Made by a program: the position numbers and the translations under genes. A stretch of DNA of 63,465 nucleotides, filler included, from Basidioascus undulatus (taxonomy: Eukaryota): the NCBI GenBank assembly GCA_000826855.1. It is 9 parts of 9 records of this genome, joined end to end, with 100 filler letters (N's around TTAATTAATTAA, not from the genome) between each part and the next. Parts side by side here need not be neighbours in the genome. Positions count along the whole stretch, not along the records: positions 1 to 6,983 come from JTLS01001640.1; positions 7,084 to 14,065 come from JTLS01001641.1; 7 more parts are not named here. One strand, 5' to 3'. Position 1 is the first letter of the stretch. Every line of letters starts with the position of its first letter. The notes under the pieces were generated by a model that did not search any database, had not been told where the DNA came from, and worked only from the letters and a program-made list of their open reading frames with translations. Positions 1 through 13,300 of the stretch are shown piece after piece.

Positions 1-608
1 AAGCCCTCGACGAGCTCGAGCTGTCCGTCCCCCTCTCCCTCCCATCCCCCTTCTCCACTCCCCCACACCTCTCCACCGTCCCTCTCCCCTTCCCTTCTGA
101 CACCCCCTCCCAAAAAGGTTTCTCGCCTCCCTCCCCTACTCGGACTCCCCGACACTCCAGACCTATGCCGGCATGCTCTCCCTCTTCCTCGCCATCCCAA
201 GCCAGGGGATGAGTCAGGGGATGAGCCAAGGGATAGGGAACGAGACTCTCCTCCGCGATGCGCGGACGTACTTTGAGCGGGCGCGCGCGCTCGGAGAGGG
301 GGGAGGCGTGGCGGAGGGGTTTTTGGATCGGGTGCGTGCTGGTTCTCTCCCCTCTTTCTCTCTCCCTTTACCTTCCGTCTCTGCCTTCCCCCGCTTCCGT
401 ATTTCTTTTGTGTTTGGTGTTTGGTGTTTAGGGAGGGAGAGGAACTGATCAGCGGATGGGAGGGCAGTTGAAGAAGATGGTCGATCGGAGTGGAGAGGAT
501 GATGACGAGAAGAGCGACGAAGACAAGAGCAACGAGGACAAGTCGGACGAGGAAAAGTCGGACGAGGATGAGGACGGATACGAGGATGAGAAGATGGACG
601 AGGACTGA
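1..608 (+). CDS. 3' part of a conserved fungal protein, possibly RNA polymerase I initiation factor Rrn11-like, with an acidic tail (5' truncated)
   Basis: Spliced reading ALDELEL|FLASLPYSDSPTLQTYAGMLSLFLA...LLRDARTYFERARAL...|D/E-rich tail, TGA at 606-608; two GT-AG introns. Family assignment is from memory of similar basidiomycete proteins. Confidence 0.45.
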
Positions 609-1431
609 GCGCGGCGCGTTCCTTCCCTTCTCTCCATCGCAATCCGGACACCAAGAATGCGTGCGTCTTTCCTTCTTCCAGCCCATATGGCTAGAAGGCG
701 CACTCGACCTTCCTCCCCTTCACATCAGCGAGAGCACCGCAGCGCTACTTGCTCGTCCGAGGACCCGCCCATGCTTGCATCCTGCCGAACCGCGCACGCA
801 CGCACGCACACTGCCACGCGTCTTCGTCACGCGCTAGGCGCCGGAACGTTCCCGTCTGGTCACGCAATCAAGCAATATTCAAGGTGATGGCCGACAGGCC
901 TGACGAGCGAGGCGGGGCGGAGCGGCCGGTTATGCGGGAGAGAAGCAGGGCGGAACGGAGTGAAGGAGGCGGCGGTGGATGTCTTGTGGGTGGTGCGTCG
1001 CGTTTGTACCTGTTGGTGTACACCGCGCCCGCCTCGGAGCTTCTGGCGAGGGCGGGGCATGGACGGCGCTGCAGCTTCGGGTGCCATTTGTGGGGTATTC
1101 ATCCATGCTGCGTCGTGCCGTGCTTGTCGGTCGGTCGGTGTGTGACTGTCTAACGCCCTGCCTCGTGCGACTGCCTTGACCCGCCTGCAGCTCTCCTTTC
1201 TCCTTCCAACTGCTCCACGTAGTCGTGTAATACAGTACCCATCCCGAAAATCGCTAGGTACATCAGGCGCTTATTCCCTGGCAGGCATGCTACCAGTGGA
1301 AACCGAGACTGCAGCCCTTGGCATCCTGCAAGCAGCGCCGTGTTGCAGACAACCGACACCGGTCGCCCGAGTCTGTCTGCTGGTCTCTGGTTCACAGATT
1401 CTCGTTCGACCTTACCGGGCTTCGCGGCCTG

Positions 1432-1471
1432 ACATGCTGAGAGTTTTTAGTACATGCTGAGAGTTTTTAGT
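1432..1471. repeat. Perfect 20-bp tandem duplication (ACATGCTGAGAGTTTTTAGT x2)
   Basis: Read directly at 1432-1451 and 1452-1471. Confidence 0.9.
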
Positions 1472-3354
1472 GATAGATGATGCTCCCAGAAAGGCGATCG
1501 TCCGCAAGAACATCAACACTGCGACTTGCAGCCCCTTCCAATGATGAACTTATTCATGTCACTTGGGGCAGGTTAATCCCATTGGTGGACGATCTAATTC
1601 TTCCGTGACGACGGTCATTTTCTCACCAGGACATGTTCTGCTGTGCGGCGAGTGGGCGTGATTGCACATCAATTTCGCACATCAGGGCGAGAGCGACAGG
1701 TGATCAAAAAAGTTCGTTTCTGTGGCTATAATCCCCCGTGACCTTCAAGGATCGCGGAGCAGTGGAGCCGGTGGGGAGATGTAAAGGTCGGTCCGGGAAC
1801 TGTCAAGGCTTTCGTTAAAACTATGGCTCGTCGACATCCATGGCTGAGTGCAAGGAATACACTCAGGCTTATGACTGACGTTCGAGAGTAAGTAAGCAGG
1901 CGCCCATTTTGCATCAAAGCAGCACCATTTCCCTGAGCAGGGATGTTGGTGCCCCTATGCCCTACGTGCCAGTGCCACTACCGTCCGACTCACGCAAGGC
2001 ACTCCCAACCACAGCCGCGCCGTGCTTTGGAAATTTTTCCGTGGGAACACAACATACAGAATACCGGGCATTTCGAAACATTGCTTCAGAGGTAGAGCTG
2101 AGGGCGAAAGAGGCAAAAGGACTGCGGGGAACGTCGTCGGCGTGAGGGCGGGTGCCGGCGGGATGGGGAGTTCACAGGACTCCAACGTGGCGATAAATAC
2201 TTCGGGATCGAGTGTGACTGGAGGTGGGCCTGGTCAAAGGAGGTCAAGTGCCTCACTACTCGTTTTCCGACCATCCCGTCGCCACCAAGCAAGCAGCTGC
2301 TCTCCGCACCCACACAGTTTAACGCTGGCCACCCGCATGTCCACCTGCACGTTCTCAAATTCTACATGCCACCACTTCAGATACTTGGGACTCGAGGAGC
2401 ACTTGAAGACCTCTCCCTGCCACAGTCGGCCGCTGGACGCGAGGAGCAGATCCACACGGCGGCAACGCGCGCCTGCTCAGTTTCGAAGTCGGCAGCGAAC
2501 ATCTGGTGCAGGCCGTTCATGCAGTAAAGCCGTTCGTCATGGAGGGACCAAGTGGCCGTAAGAATCTGCATATCGTGTGGTGATGATGGGTGTGGGTGAA
2601 GTATGGAATGTGAAACGAGGCTCCCTCTTGGGCCACCCGACCTAACCTCTCAGTACACCTTTCGCGTCAACTTGGCAAAAGAACGGGTTTTACATAGCTT
2701 CTTTGGTTCGGCATTCTTGAGATATCGGTTCAGTTCCGAAAGCATAAACCAAGCTAACGACAAATCAAACACGCTACTGGAAGAGCACAGATGTAGTTCA
2801 CATCTTTGCGGGTTCTGCGGAGCGTGAAGCCGCAGCCGTTTGCTATCGATATCCATTCCATGGCTTGTTCTCACCATGTAGGTAGTTTCTCCGAATGGGA
2901 AGTCAAGGGCAGCATTCTCCGACAGCAATCCATGTTACGTACAAGGCTGCCAGGACCAGACGAAATGGTCCCAAATTGATGTGCTCGGACGCTGCGCAGT
3001 CGATAGTTTGTACGCGCACAGTCAGATGGGCTAAGAAAAAAGTCTATGACGACGATGCAGCGGTGTATGGTCCACCAAGAACAGCACATAATTGAGGGTG
3101 GGTAACAATGCAAAGAGTGCAGAGCACGAGGCGCAAGAAGGTGAAGGAAGAGATGTATGAAGGCAGAAGCCGCTTACAGTTCCAAGGGGTGTGTAAATGT
3201 CAACGATGCGCGATGAGGAAGAGGGGGTGAATGGAGAAACTGTCCAGATGCAAAGCAAAAGCCAAAGAGAAGAATAAAAAGTCGGGAATCCTGACATATA
3301 CTAAGAAAAGGCGCGAAAAACAAGAAAGCGGTAACGACAGAATGTGCGTATGCA

Positions 3355-6300
3355 TCAAGGCTTGGAAAGCTGTTCCTTGCGGAAGAAGACCTGCGATGAG
3401 GAAAAGGCTCTCGTCAGACTTGAGATGTAGTGATGCCGTTCTTCGTCACGACGCACCAAATATCCTACAACAATGATCAGCTGGCATATCAGCGCCACCC
3501 AGAACGCCCAGTACGCGATGGGCGAGTCGGAGAGGCCCTTGTCGAGGTCCCACAAGCTCGCGTCGGGGAAAACGGAGCCCGGCCCAAGACCTGGAAAGAA
3601 GTAAGCAGTGAGTCAGCACAGGCCTCCCTAGCACAGACGACGGCAAAACGGACGGTTAGGAGCGGTTGCACGAGCGACCATGACGACAACGGAACCGGTG
3701 ATCTGGGCGAGTGCGAGCGTTGCGCAAACGTGCAGTCGGGAGAGGGTCTGCGATAGCTGCGTCAGCACCTCGACGGGCATAGACAGTGAATGGGCAACAC
3801 GTACCTGCAGCAGGATCATGCCGAGACCGACACCCTGGATCGCGTCGAGCACGCCGAGCCAAAGCCAGAGAGACGTCGACAGGTAGGGACCGGCTTCTCC
3901 GCCCCACGGGACATAGAGACCAATCGAGGAGGTACCCCAAAGCATCTGTTGAAGACCATCAAGATAAGCTCAGCTCTGCACGTTGACATGCGGAAGAAGA
4001 GGCTCACCTGGCACCAGCGGGGTGCACCCAGACCGACAGCGAAGACGGGCAGGAGCCACGAGTGGACTCGGCTGAAGTACATCAGGACGTAGAGGATCGC
4101 CGCCCAAACACCGATGAAGAAGACGGCGATGAGAATGACGATCGCCCATGTTGGAATCTTGTCGTTGTTCCACAGGAAAGTCCTAGTGGGACGCGACATG
4201 GGTGAGCTGTAAGAAGACTATTCGGCGGAAAGGCAAAGACGCACCAGTTGCGGCCGTACGGCGCCGACAGCCAGTAGTTGCGGAGAACCTCGGAGATCAG
4301 GAACCTGTGAAACGAGATTCAGCTACGCGCTCGGAATTTGTTCAAATGAGACGCACCAGATGACAAGCTTGCGACGGAACAGCGTTGCCCAGAAGTTCGG
4401 GACGAACGGCGGCAGTTGCCAGTCTGATCGGCATGCAACGTCAGCCCGCGATACGCCCGCGAGCGATAGAAGACACGTACAGTAGTCCGGCAGGCCCTTG
4501 AACATCAAGAACGCGAAAATGAACGAGAGAATGCCGAGCGGCCAGACAACGATGAGCACCCAAGGCGACGGCTCGAGACCCTTCGGATCCGTGCCGTTCA
4601 GCGTGTAGCCCCCTGTGACCAAGAGCGGAAGTCAGCGGTTGCGAAGGCAGGATAAGCTGATATGCTCCCAGCTACTCACAGTACCAGAGCGCGGCGACCC
4701 AGATTTGTTGCGAGCCCTGCAATTAAAGAGGGTTATTAGCGATTGCGCAAGCGGAAGGAAGAAAGCGGAGTTTGCGGGCGACGCACCTGCACGATACATG
4801 CGCGCATGATCCAGACGCGTGTCTCCGCTCCTGCCTCCTCTCCGAAGTTGAGACCGAAGAAGAGGAAGCCGGCCGCGGAAGCGATGGCGTAGGACCAGGT
4901 CGCGACGTCGCTGATCCACTTGCGAGGACCGAGGAAGACGGAGTGCAGCGACGGGAAGCCGATGAGGAGGAATGCCACGCCGTAGAAGAGCCAGGGGGTC
5001 GCGAGGACCCAGACCGAAGGGCGGTACCGGAAAGCCAGCCACCAAACGGCCGAGGCGACCAGGAAGATGGCGCCGATGATGTAGAGCGCCACGTCTTCCT
5101 GCGTGTTGGTGCCGGACAGCAGGGTAAGCTGGAAGCTGGTCGCGCTGAGCATCTGCAAGCGTTCAAGGCGAAGTTAGCAAAGGCGATTGATACAGCGACA
5201 CGCCCAGCGGGCGAACCTGTCCGAGGGCGATGATGATGCAGTACAACGGCCAGCCGCCGATCGTGCGCTGCATGAAACGCTGAGTCGAAGACATGACCGA
5301 GTGGTCCGAGTCCCCGGCGAACGACGGCTCCTCGCCGTAGCCGCGCGGCGGAGAAGTGGCGGTGTCGGCGACAGAGAAAGGCGCTGCAAAGAAGGACGAT
5401 TCTCTATCAGGCACTGCACCCGCCAAAAGCAGATAAGGGTGGGGCTGGAAATCTGTTAGTAAGCGGTCAAGACTCACAGCCGGGGCGGAAGCCGTCCATC
5501 ATGCTCGGCGACGGCGGAGCGTAGAGCGAGTCCCGGCGGTACGAGTCGCGCCGCGACGACCGAATGCTGGGCGCGGCCATCTTCTCCTTCTTGATCTCTT
5601 GGAAGAACGCCTTCTCGCTCTTCATCAGGAACTTCTCGATACAGAGATCGCCCTTCGAGTTGCCGGGAGAGAGGTTCTGTAGGCGAGAGACGAAGCTGCG
5701 AGCGACCTCGCCATCGGCGTCCGTGAACTGGCGGCCACTCTCCCAGTCAGCGAAGGCATCCGAGCTCTGCCAGAGCGAAGTACGCACGTCGTGAAGCGCA
5801 GCGTTGAGCGGCGAGGCAGTGCGCTCCTCCATGATCGAAGAAATGGAGCTGCAAAGCAAGAAATCTGTCAGCAAGTATATCAACGCGCATCTAGCGGTGC
5901 ACGTACTCGAAAGACGATGAGCGCGAGTGCTCAGCGAAAGGCCGCGTAGGATGGGTCAGGTCGTCGACGCTCGTGCGGTGCTCCATGAACGGATCCCGGA
6001 CGTGGCCCGCTTGCTGAGCGATCGCGCGGTTTGCGCGCGAGAGGAAGTTGCCGTAGTCCTCGCCACCGTGCGAGCCTGAGCGCGGCGTAATCGCACCCGT
6101 CCCGGGCGTGTCCGGGCCGTACTCCGTGCTGGTGCGCGACATGAACGACTCGGCGTCGTCGTCCGCGCTGCGACCGATGTGAAAGCGCGGACGGCGCGCC
6201 CCGGCCGTGAGGTAGTCGCCCGTCGGCTGGCGACCGGCGGGGGCGCCAGGGCTGGGCGGCGAGTTGTGGTAGTCGTTGCTGGGCCTTGGCGAGTTCGAGT

Positions 6301-6983
6301 CCTCGTCGTAGGACTCGTGCGAATAGCGGTCGCGTCCGCCGCGACCGCCGGGCGAGAGATGATCGCCGCCAGTCGGGACGGGGCCGTGGTGGTAGCCGGT
6401 CGCGTTGGGCGAGAGGGGCAGCGCGTCTGAGTTGTTGAGGTTGAAGGCCGGGATTTCGTCCATCGGCGTGCCTGCCGCGCTCATGAACGCGGACGCGGGC
6501 GTGCCGGGCTCGGAGTCGGCATAGTCGCGGCCACCGAACAGCGCGTGCGGCGCCTCCAGGTTGTCGTACGTGAAAGTGTTGTCACCGGCGATGGCGCGGC
6601 TGGTCGTGATCGAGCGGCGGTGGAAGTCCTCAAGGCGTTGACGCCACTGTCAACGGGAGAAATATTGAGCTAACAGCAAGCTCTCCTGATGACCAAGTAA
6701 GACGCACCTCCACGACGGGGAAGCGCTGCACGGCAGAGCGGGCGCGGAGGATCGCGCGCTCCTCCTCTGACGACTTGAGCGCGACCTTGATCGTCTTCGT
6801 GAGCTGGCTAAGCATGTGCTGGGTCGAGTCGGACTCGACAGGGAACCACTGTTGCGCCGAAAATCGTCAGCCTCTCGACGCGCATCGCGGAAAAAAGAAA
6901 CCCAAACGCACCCATCCGGGCATGAGACCGAGACCACCGAGACGCGAACCGACACCGAGCGCGCCCTTGCGACCGAACTCGAC
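3355..6983 (-). CDS. AGS1: Alpha-1,3-glucan synthase (Ags/Mok family), C-terminal glycosyltransferase end plus multipass membrane domain; 5' truncated by contig end
   Basis: VEFGRKGALGVGSRLGGLGLMPGW|WFPVESDSTQHMLSQL...RARSAVQRFPVVE, GWPLYCIIIALGQ|MLSATSFQLTLLSG, FLFFGLNFGEEAG...WIMRACIVQ and terminal FFRKEQLSKP* are Ags signature segments; multiple GT-AG introns. Confidence 0.95.
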
Positions 6984-7083
6984 NNNNNNNNNNNNNNNNN
7001 NNNNNNNNNNNNNNNNNNNNNNNNNNNTTAATTAATTAANNNNNNNNNNNNNNNNNNNNNNNNNNNNNNNNNNNNNNNNNNNN
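6984..7083. other. Artificial contig linker N44-TTAATTAATTAA-N44
   Basis: Identical 100-nt spacer with stops in all six frames occurs eight times in the window. Confidence 0.98.
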
Positions 7084-7447
7084 CCGCTGCTTTCACCACA
7101 TCCAGCTTCAGCACTTAGTTTTAGCTCGCACTCACACTCTACCTTCTTCTCCTTCCAGCCCACCCGCTTCGACCATACGCTCTACCCTCGCCCTCCTCGC
7201 CGCCGTCTCCCACGCCGCCTTGGAAAAAATACATCTGGATCAATGCTTCCTTATTATCCAGCTTTCTGCACCCACCTCTCTGAAGCTCTCTGTTAGTCTT
7301 CAGGTGCTCGTTTTGTATGCTCTCAGACACAACTCGCAAGGGTTTATGTGAATGTATTATACGGATTGACAGAGATATGGAGAAAATCTCGGGATCCAGC
7401 CCAACCTCTTCTCCCCCAGAGACGCGAGCTTAACGCTAAAGTCGAAT

Positions 7448-7927
7448 CTCTGCAGCGCAACGCCGGTGTCAGCAAGACGCGGCAGAAAGAGCAAAGTCGC
7501 TGTGTAAGAAGAACTCGCAGCAGTCTCCGATCTTCTTGAGCTCCTTGCTGTTGTTTTTGGTGCCCTCGTTGAGGGTGCAGAGGCCCTTGGTCTTGCCGTC
7601 CCTGGTCGAGTCGGAGATGGGGCCTTGTCCTGAAAGTACCCCGTGAGATTAGTGCACGCTACATTCGGTCGAAATTCTCCAGGGGCTTACTCCGTAGTTG
7701 TTGTTGATCTGTGGTAGGAAACGCATTCGTCTCAGTTTCGTTGAATGATACACATATTCTACAGGCTCGGAATGGACGTACCTCGGCCAGAGTACCACCG
7801 TTGACGGCCCGGACGCCGGTGAGGACGACAGTGCGCGCACACTGCGACTTACACTAAGGGTATCAAAGAGAGTTCAGTGAGCTAGAAGCATCCAGTCGGC
7901 GAGCTCAAGAGTGAATTTGCCACAAGA
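7448..7927 (-). pseudogene. Pectate lyase (PL3-like) C-terminal remnant
   Basis: Exons read SCG..|CKSQCARTVVLTGVRAVNGGTLAE|INNNYG|DKA(fs)ISDS...LCTLNEGT...KKIGDC*, matching the PL3 SCGNC...GINxNYGDxATI...C pattern; -1 frameshift near 7620 and no upstream exons. Confidence 0.65.
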
Positions 7928-8225
7928 GTTCGTACTTGGAACCCACGGCGAGACCACTTCGTACCGGCGGGGCCATATTTTAGTATTAGGTGCAGGGCCA
8001 CATCATTAACATGCTTTCTGTACGAAAGGGACGTTCAGTTCTCGTCTCCTTGTGTATTGCACCGCAGTCTTGAGCAAAAGCAGAGGTCTCAGAACACCGA
8101 TTTGATGTACCGGGACATTCTGCCTTGGTGAAGAAGAGGCAAACACAAGTGAAAGGTTCCAAAGCTTTAGAGGCCAGTACATGTATCAGTGCGCGTAGTT
8201 GTCAGGGCCTACAGGCTGCCCCTCG

Positions 8226-9433
8226 TCATCCAACAAAGCTACCCCACCGCAAAATATCCTCTGCCCAAACCGCCGTATTGTCGTCGAAGCTATCCTCGTC
8301 CACCTTTAGAACGATTCTCTCCAGCTTCGGCAGTCCGTCGCGATCCAGCTGCTCGACCAGCGCATTTGACGTTCTCGTCGCTGAAGCACGTCCACGAGAG
8401 ACGGAAGGTTTCGAGCGCGGGGTGGTGAAGGGCGTGTGAGGCAAAATACGTCAAGTCGGGTTGAACGAGGTTAAGCTCGAGGAGGTACGGGGAGCGGGCC
8501 GCAATCGAGTCCCAGACGTCGTCGGGCACAGCGGCAGGCGTGAGGCTCAAGTCGAGGTGTCTTAGGTCCCGACCCGCCCGTTCGAGGAGGCGCACGACGA
8601 ACTGCCTGTCATTGCACATGCTGCTGAGATTTGAGTTCCGCGAGACGAGGCATGTCCGCGTCGCCCAGGAGCGCGAGCGCATGCTCCGGGGAGGGCTGGA
8701 TTGTCGAGGTCGAGAATGCCAAGCTCTGGGAGGCGAAGAGCAGCAGGAACCGAGCTATCGGGGACGGGCCGGTCGTGCGTGAGGCGCAAGATGCGAAGAT
8801 TGGTGAAGGAGTTTAGGATGTCAGCGACATGAGCGAAAGTGACATCCTCGCCGACGTCCGGCGCTTCGAGGACGCGCAGGGTAAAGGCCGCGGCGGAACG
8901 GAGAGCGGACCATGTGCGGCCGGATACGAAGTTGACGTCTGTTAGGGAGATTGCGCGCAGGTTGGTGAGGGAAGAGATGAAGGTGATGGTCGCCGCGCTG
9001 GCTTGCGACCGGAAATCGAGCTTCGACCGGTCAGGTCGAATTTTGATGTACAGAGAGTAACGAAACCGCCCAGTTCGGGGTTCGAAGAGCAGCGCGAGGC
9101 GATCGAAATCATCGAGGAGAGGGTCGAGAGGTAGAGCTCGCGGTAGAGAAGCGGCTCAGAGAGAACCTGCGGGTATAAGAACCCCCGTCCATTGGCGTCA
9201 GCTATACGAGTTTGTGCTCATGGGCATCTCAAGCGCACCTTCCATGCTTTGCAAACGCAAACAATACAAAGAGCAGTCCGCTTAGCGGTGTTGACGCCCT
9301 CGATAACATGCTTCCTACTCTCCGACTGCTGCCCGTGGCCATCGACACCGACAGGAAGAGCGGTTGCTAGCTCGAAAATGTACGAGAGAATGTCAGATGG
9401 AACGCGGTGTATCGAGCTTGTGTGAGGCGACAT
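8226..9433 (-). pseudogene. F-box / RNI-like leucine-rich-repeat protein, frameshifted
   Basis: N-terminal IHRVPSDILSYIFELA...VCKAW F-box-like motif, then LRR-like LRAISL/LRVLE/LRILRL/LRHLDL segments spread over changing frames (shifts near 8690, 8630, 8365). Confidence 0.6.
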
Positions 9434-10382
9434 GGCTGGGAGCTCGGAGACAGGGACAGAGGCGACGTTGACGAACGGCCGCAGAAGGCACAAGAACGGA
9501 CCATCATCGGAGGATGACAGGGGGGTTCGCGCCGTCGCGGTGAAACGGTGAAACGGTGAAACGTGCACTACTGCAGGTCTTGCTTGCAGCTTGTGGGGCT
9601 CTCCGCTGCACAACGCGCGGCAAAAAGAAATAGAACATGATTGGTCATATTCCTCGCCAGTAGTTGTGCCTGTCCTTAATTTCTTGTAAACTGTACCTTG
9701 CATCTCTTCAGAGGACAGGTTTCAGCCGTGAAACGGTACGGATGCTCGGAGGCGGCCTGGGTTCTACACAACCCAGTCATCTATTTGTATTCCCTTGCGC
9801 AAAACCTTGATATAATATCGTGCATGGATTGAGAGCAACGCATGCTCCATTTCGCTCGCTAGACTGTCCGGCTGATCCAAGGCTGATCCCAACCGGCCGC
9901 TGCCTTGACTTTGCTCAACTCCTAACTCCTCAGGTCCCGGTGCCGCCGACTGCACACCCAGATGAATGTCGAGGAAAAACCCCTTCTCGGCCTATCTAAG
10001 CTTCAACATGCAGGTATTGGCAGGTGATATGACTGGGGAGATGAGGGGACAAAAAGCACACGGACGACCATAACGGTGATCTCAACTCCCCGTCGGAAGT
10101 AGTGCGAGCGAGTTGGCTACCGCACTTGTATCAAGTTGTATCAAGTATTCTGGCCCGTCTGCGCGATTTGCCCTCTTCGGGGCTGTGGAGATGTGGGCAG
10201 TACCGCCTGTGGCCTCCTAGCTGTTTCACGAGTAGTGTCGCATCGCCGCGTGCTGCACTTCCGCCAGTAGGCACCACCCCAAATTGGCTTTCGTATCATA
10301 GATGGGAGGAGGAGGACAAAGGAGCCCATAAGAGCGCAAGTCTCTTCGCTCTTCCCGTCGCGTCCATCATCTCGCCCTCCCC

Positions 10383-13300
10383 ATGCTCGTTGCTGCCTTT
10401 CTAAAGCTCGGCCTTCCGGCCTTGCTCGCCGGCGGCGTCGACGCTCAACACTCGTTTCAACAGGCAGCAGGCCAGCAGCCCACATCCACTTTCGTTCAGC
10501 TTCGCAACGGATTTATCACCTCAATTAGTCCCGCGTCGACTCTCCCCCCGCCACGGGACATCGCGACTGGCAGGTGTCCACGCGAGGCAAGTCAAGCCGG
10601 AGTGCCTCCGGTCGACGGAAAGCTCCTGCTATACGCTTGCAGACAATTGCCTGTGGATTGCAACGTCTGAGGTGAGTGACTCCATCTAGTCTGAGAAATA
10701 CGGAAATAACGAGGCTAAAACCCAATTCCCTCGCAGAACATTTGGGACTAAAACTCCTGCGTGGCTGCTGCCGCGTGCTACGGTGTAAGTTAAGTTCGCT
10801 CCAAAGGAACTTACTTCCATGCTCTAAATTACTTGATGCTCCCGGACAGGTTGGGGACTTGGTCAACAGCATTAACTGCTAGCTCGGCTCGGACGTAACA
10901 TGGGAGACGAGGCTTCGTTGAACTACGCTGCGGTGGGCGTTCTTCGACATGAAAGTCCGAGGCCCAAAAGCTAAGCTGTACAAGCTACTGTTCCAGGTCT
11001 ATCAAAGCATAACCAATGGATGTGATGGGCAAGGGGCGACTGTATGGTTGCTGCCGCTTGCGAAAATCATGGGATGCCATGCTGAAAGAAGGGGTTCTTT
11101 TTTCAGCGCTGTCACTGAGCAGGCGTATTTGACCTGGTACAACTACATCGTCGGAGGAATTTATGGGTCTTCGGGTACCGCGTACGTCCTTTTATCCTCA
11201 AAGCACGCTCTCCGAGTAATTGTCTTGACGAATATGTGGCTTCATTTCTGCCGACATTGTGCGCGGCTACTGATCGACTCTGAGCAATTGGACGGGGATG
11301 GGTGAAAGCATGCCCTACTCAAAGTGAGTGGGCCTTCTTATTCTGTTGTTATGTAACGCTAACCCATACACCTATATACTAGTTTCAACGACTTCCTGCA
11401 CTACTCGTGCTCAGCTTCGTCAAGCCCGGGCGTGTCCGGCACGGACTCTACTTCCTCGACAGCTGCAGGCTCTACTTCTTCAGCTGTGTACGGGACTTCG
11501 TCAAGCTCAGACACGGCCGGTACTGTGCGTATCTCACCATGACAGCATTGAACGGCCCTGGAAGAATTCTCAATGCTCACTCTTCAACGTCTCCCGCAGT
11601 CTACGGCCGCAGCGTCCGCGATCAGTCCGGCTACTTCGGGGGCGGACTCACCGGCTTCTGCTCCAGACTGGGTCTCTTCGACTTCAGAAGGAAACACCCG
11701 AGTCTGAACGTTCTATTCCTAAAAAAAGTACCTCCATGGGCTGACACCTGAAACAACAATCTATCAGTCGGTGTCTGCCGCGCCTACCGACGACTGGACT
11801 ACGTCGACGAGATACGATTCAACGTCTACGGTATGTCGAGTTTGAACGTTCTTCCCGGAGCACGCCTATCTTACAGCCTATATAGTAGAAACAGTCCTAG
11901 TTGTCTACAAGCTCTGATGGGTTCAAGCACTCTTCCATTTGCGTCCTTGCTTAGTCAATCCACTGGCGACTTTGCCACGTCCACACCTTGTGATGTTGGC
12001 ACGACGGTATGTTCAGATGCAAATTTCCCCCATAGCGTTCTCTCACGGCATGGTACTTCAACAGTCGACGACTCCTACCGACTTAAGCGCCTCAACCTCG
12101 ACTGCTTCCTACACGGAGTCGAGTACGTCCACGCCCATCAACGAAACCTGTACCGTGCGTTGTTGGAAGGCTCGGGAGGGTTGGCCGAATGCTGACTTTG
12201 TGCGCGAGACGTCAGTCCGCGTCTATCACGGACTCCTCCGCCCCCATCACTGCATCAAATACCTCGACAGATGTAAACGACAGCTCCTCCGTATGTCGAG
12301 CAAATATCTAGCGGCACACAACGAGCTTACGTCAGTCACGATGCCGCAGTCAGTGACGGACTCAACAGCTTGGCCGATCTCAGCCTCTCCTACCGCATCT
12401 GATGACTATCCCTCAGTGCGCCAAGTCATAAACAACGTTCCCATATACCGCGCATCGCTGACAGTCTATACCGGTACCAGAGTCTGTGTCCCCCACGGAC
12501 TCAGCCACGTCCACCGCGGACTGGCCGTCTTCCACCCTTTGAAATTAGTAACTCACTGCGCATTCGGGGTCTCATATTTAGCACCCCTTTCTGCAAACTT
12601 CTACCGATGTAGCGGCACCGACTGCCACCCCTCCTCCAACTGCCACCAACTCCAACCCGGTACCTCCTCCTAGCGCTACCGCCATCACGTTTACGGACGC
12701 ATCCGATCCCTTCTGGACGAGTATCGTTCCGGTACCCGCCGCTTCGGAAGGACTCGCAGCGACCGTCTACGGACCGTCCGTCGATGGCAGCGTCCCGTGG
12801 TGGGTGGTCTTTGGTCCAGCGATCGTCGGCCCCGTTCCCTCAGCCGTAAGCTGCGTCGGCTGCACCCCGCCTGCTGCCGTCACTGCGAGCCCGTCGTCCA
12901 CTACAGCCTAAGACTCCTCATCCTCTTTCACTTCCACCACTGGCACTTGTTCTCCTATTCCTCATCCGACATGGACCCCATCGGCGGACGAGCTGGACGG
13001 TCAGATCGACAACGACGATGGCGATTACCGTAAGAGGTCCTTTGAGCCTCGCTCCAACAAAGGGTGTACGTTCCGCTATTGACATGTTACTTTACCAATG
13101 CCCTTGCCCATGCTTACCCAGTCACGGTTTTTAGCGATCAAGATCAAGATGTGCAATCGCGAGGCGAAGCCGGATGGATCTGCTGACCTTGAGCACGGGA
13201 CGTTCTTCTATCTTCCTGATGAGCCTGGGGACAGCATTGTGTTGAAGACGGAACACAATGAATAGAGGCTTGCAAGCAATGTGCAGGAACACGGCTTCCC

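Noticed and set aside
201..237. 12-bp repeat encoding SQGMSQGMSQG
   Set aside because: A short in-frame slippage repeat in a variable loop; unremarkable.
1900..3100. Coding-like fragments between the first gene and AGS1 (similar stretches at 20350-20850, 37600-38750, 40450-41030, 54550-55100)
   Set aside because: Probably old pseudogene debris, but no recognisable motif or consistent frame supports a call.
7028..7039. Regularly spaced palindromic TTAATTAATTAA as a biological repeat or CRISPR-like array
   Set aside because: Always centred in exactly 44+44 Ns; a synthetic linker.
10749..11273. In-frame stops as evidence of stop-codon recoding, A-to-I editing or RIP
   Set aside because: All three stop types occur, TAA and TAG sit where Gln is more plausible, frameshifts co-occur, and conserved genes use standard stops. 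A RIP signature cannot be judged without aligning paralogues.
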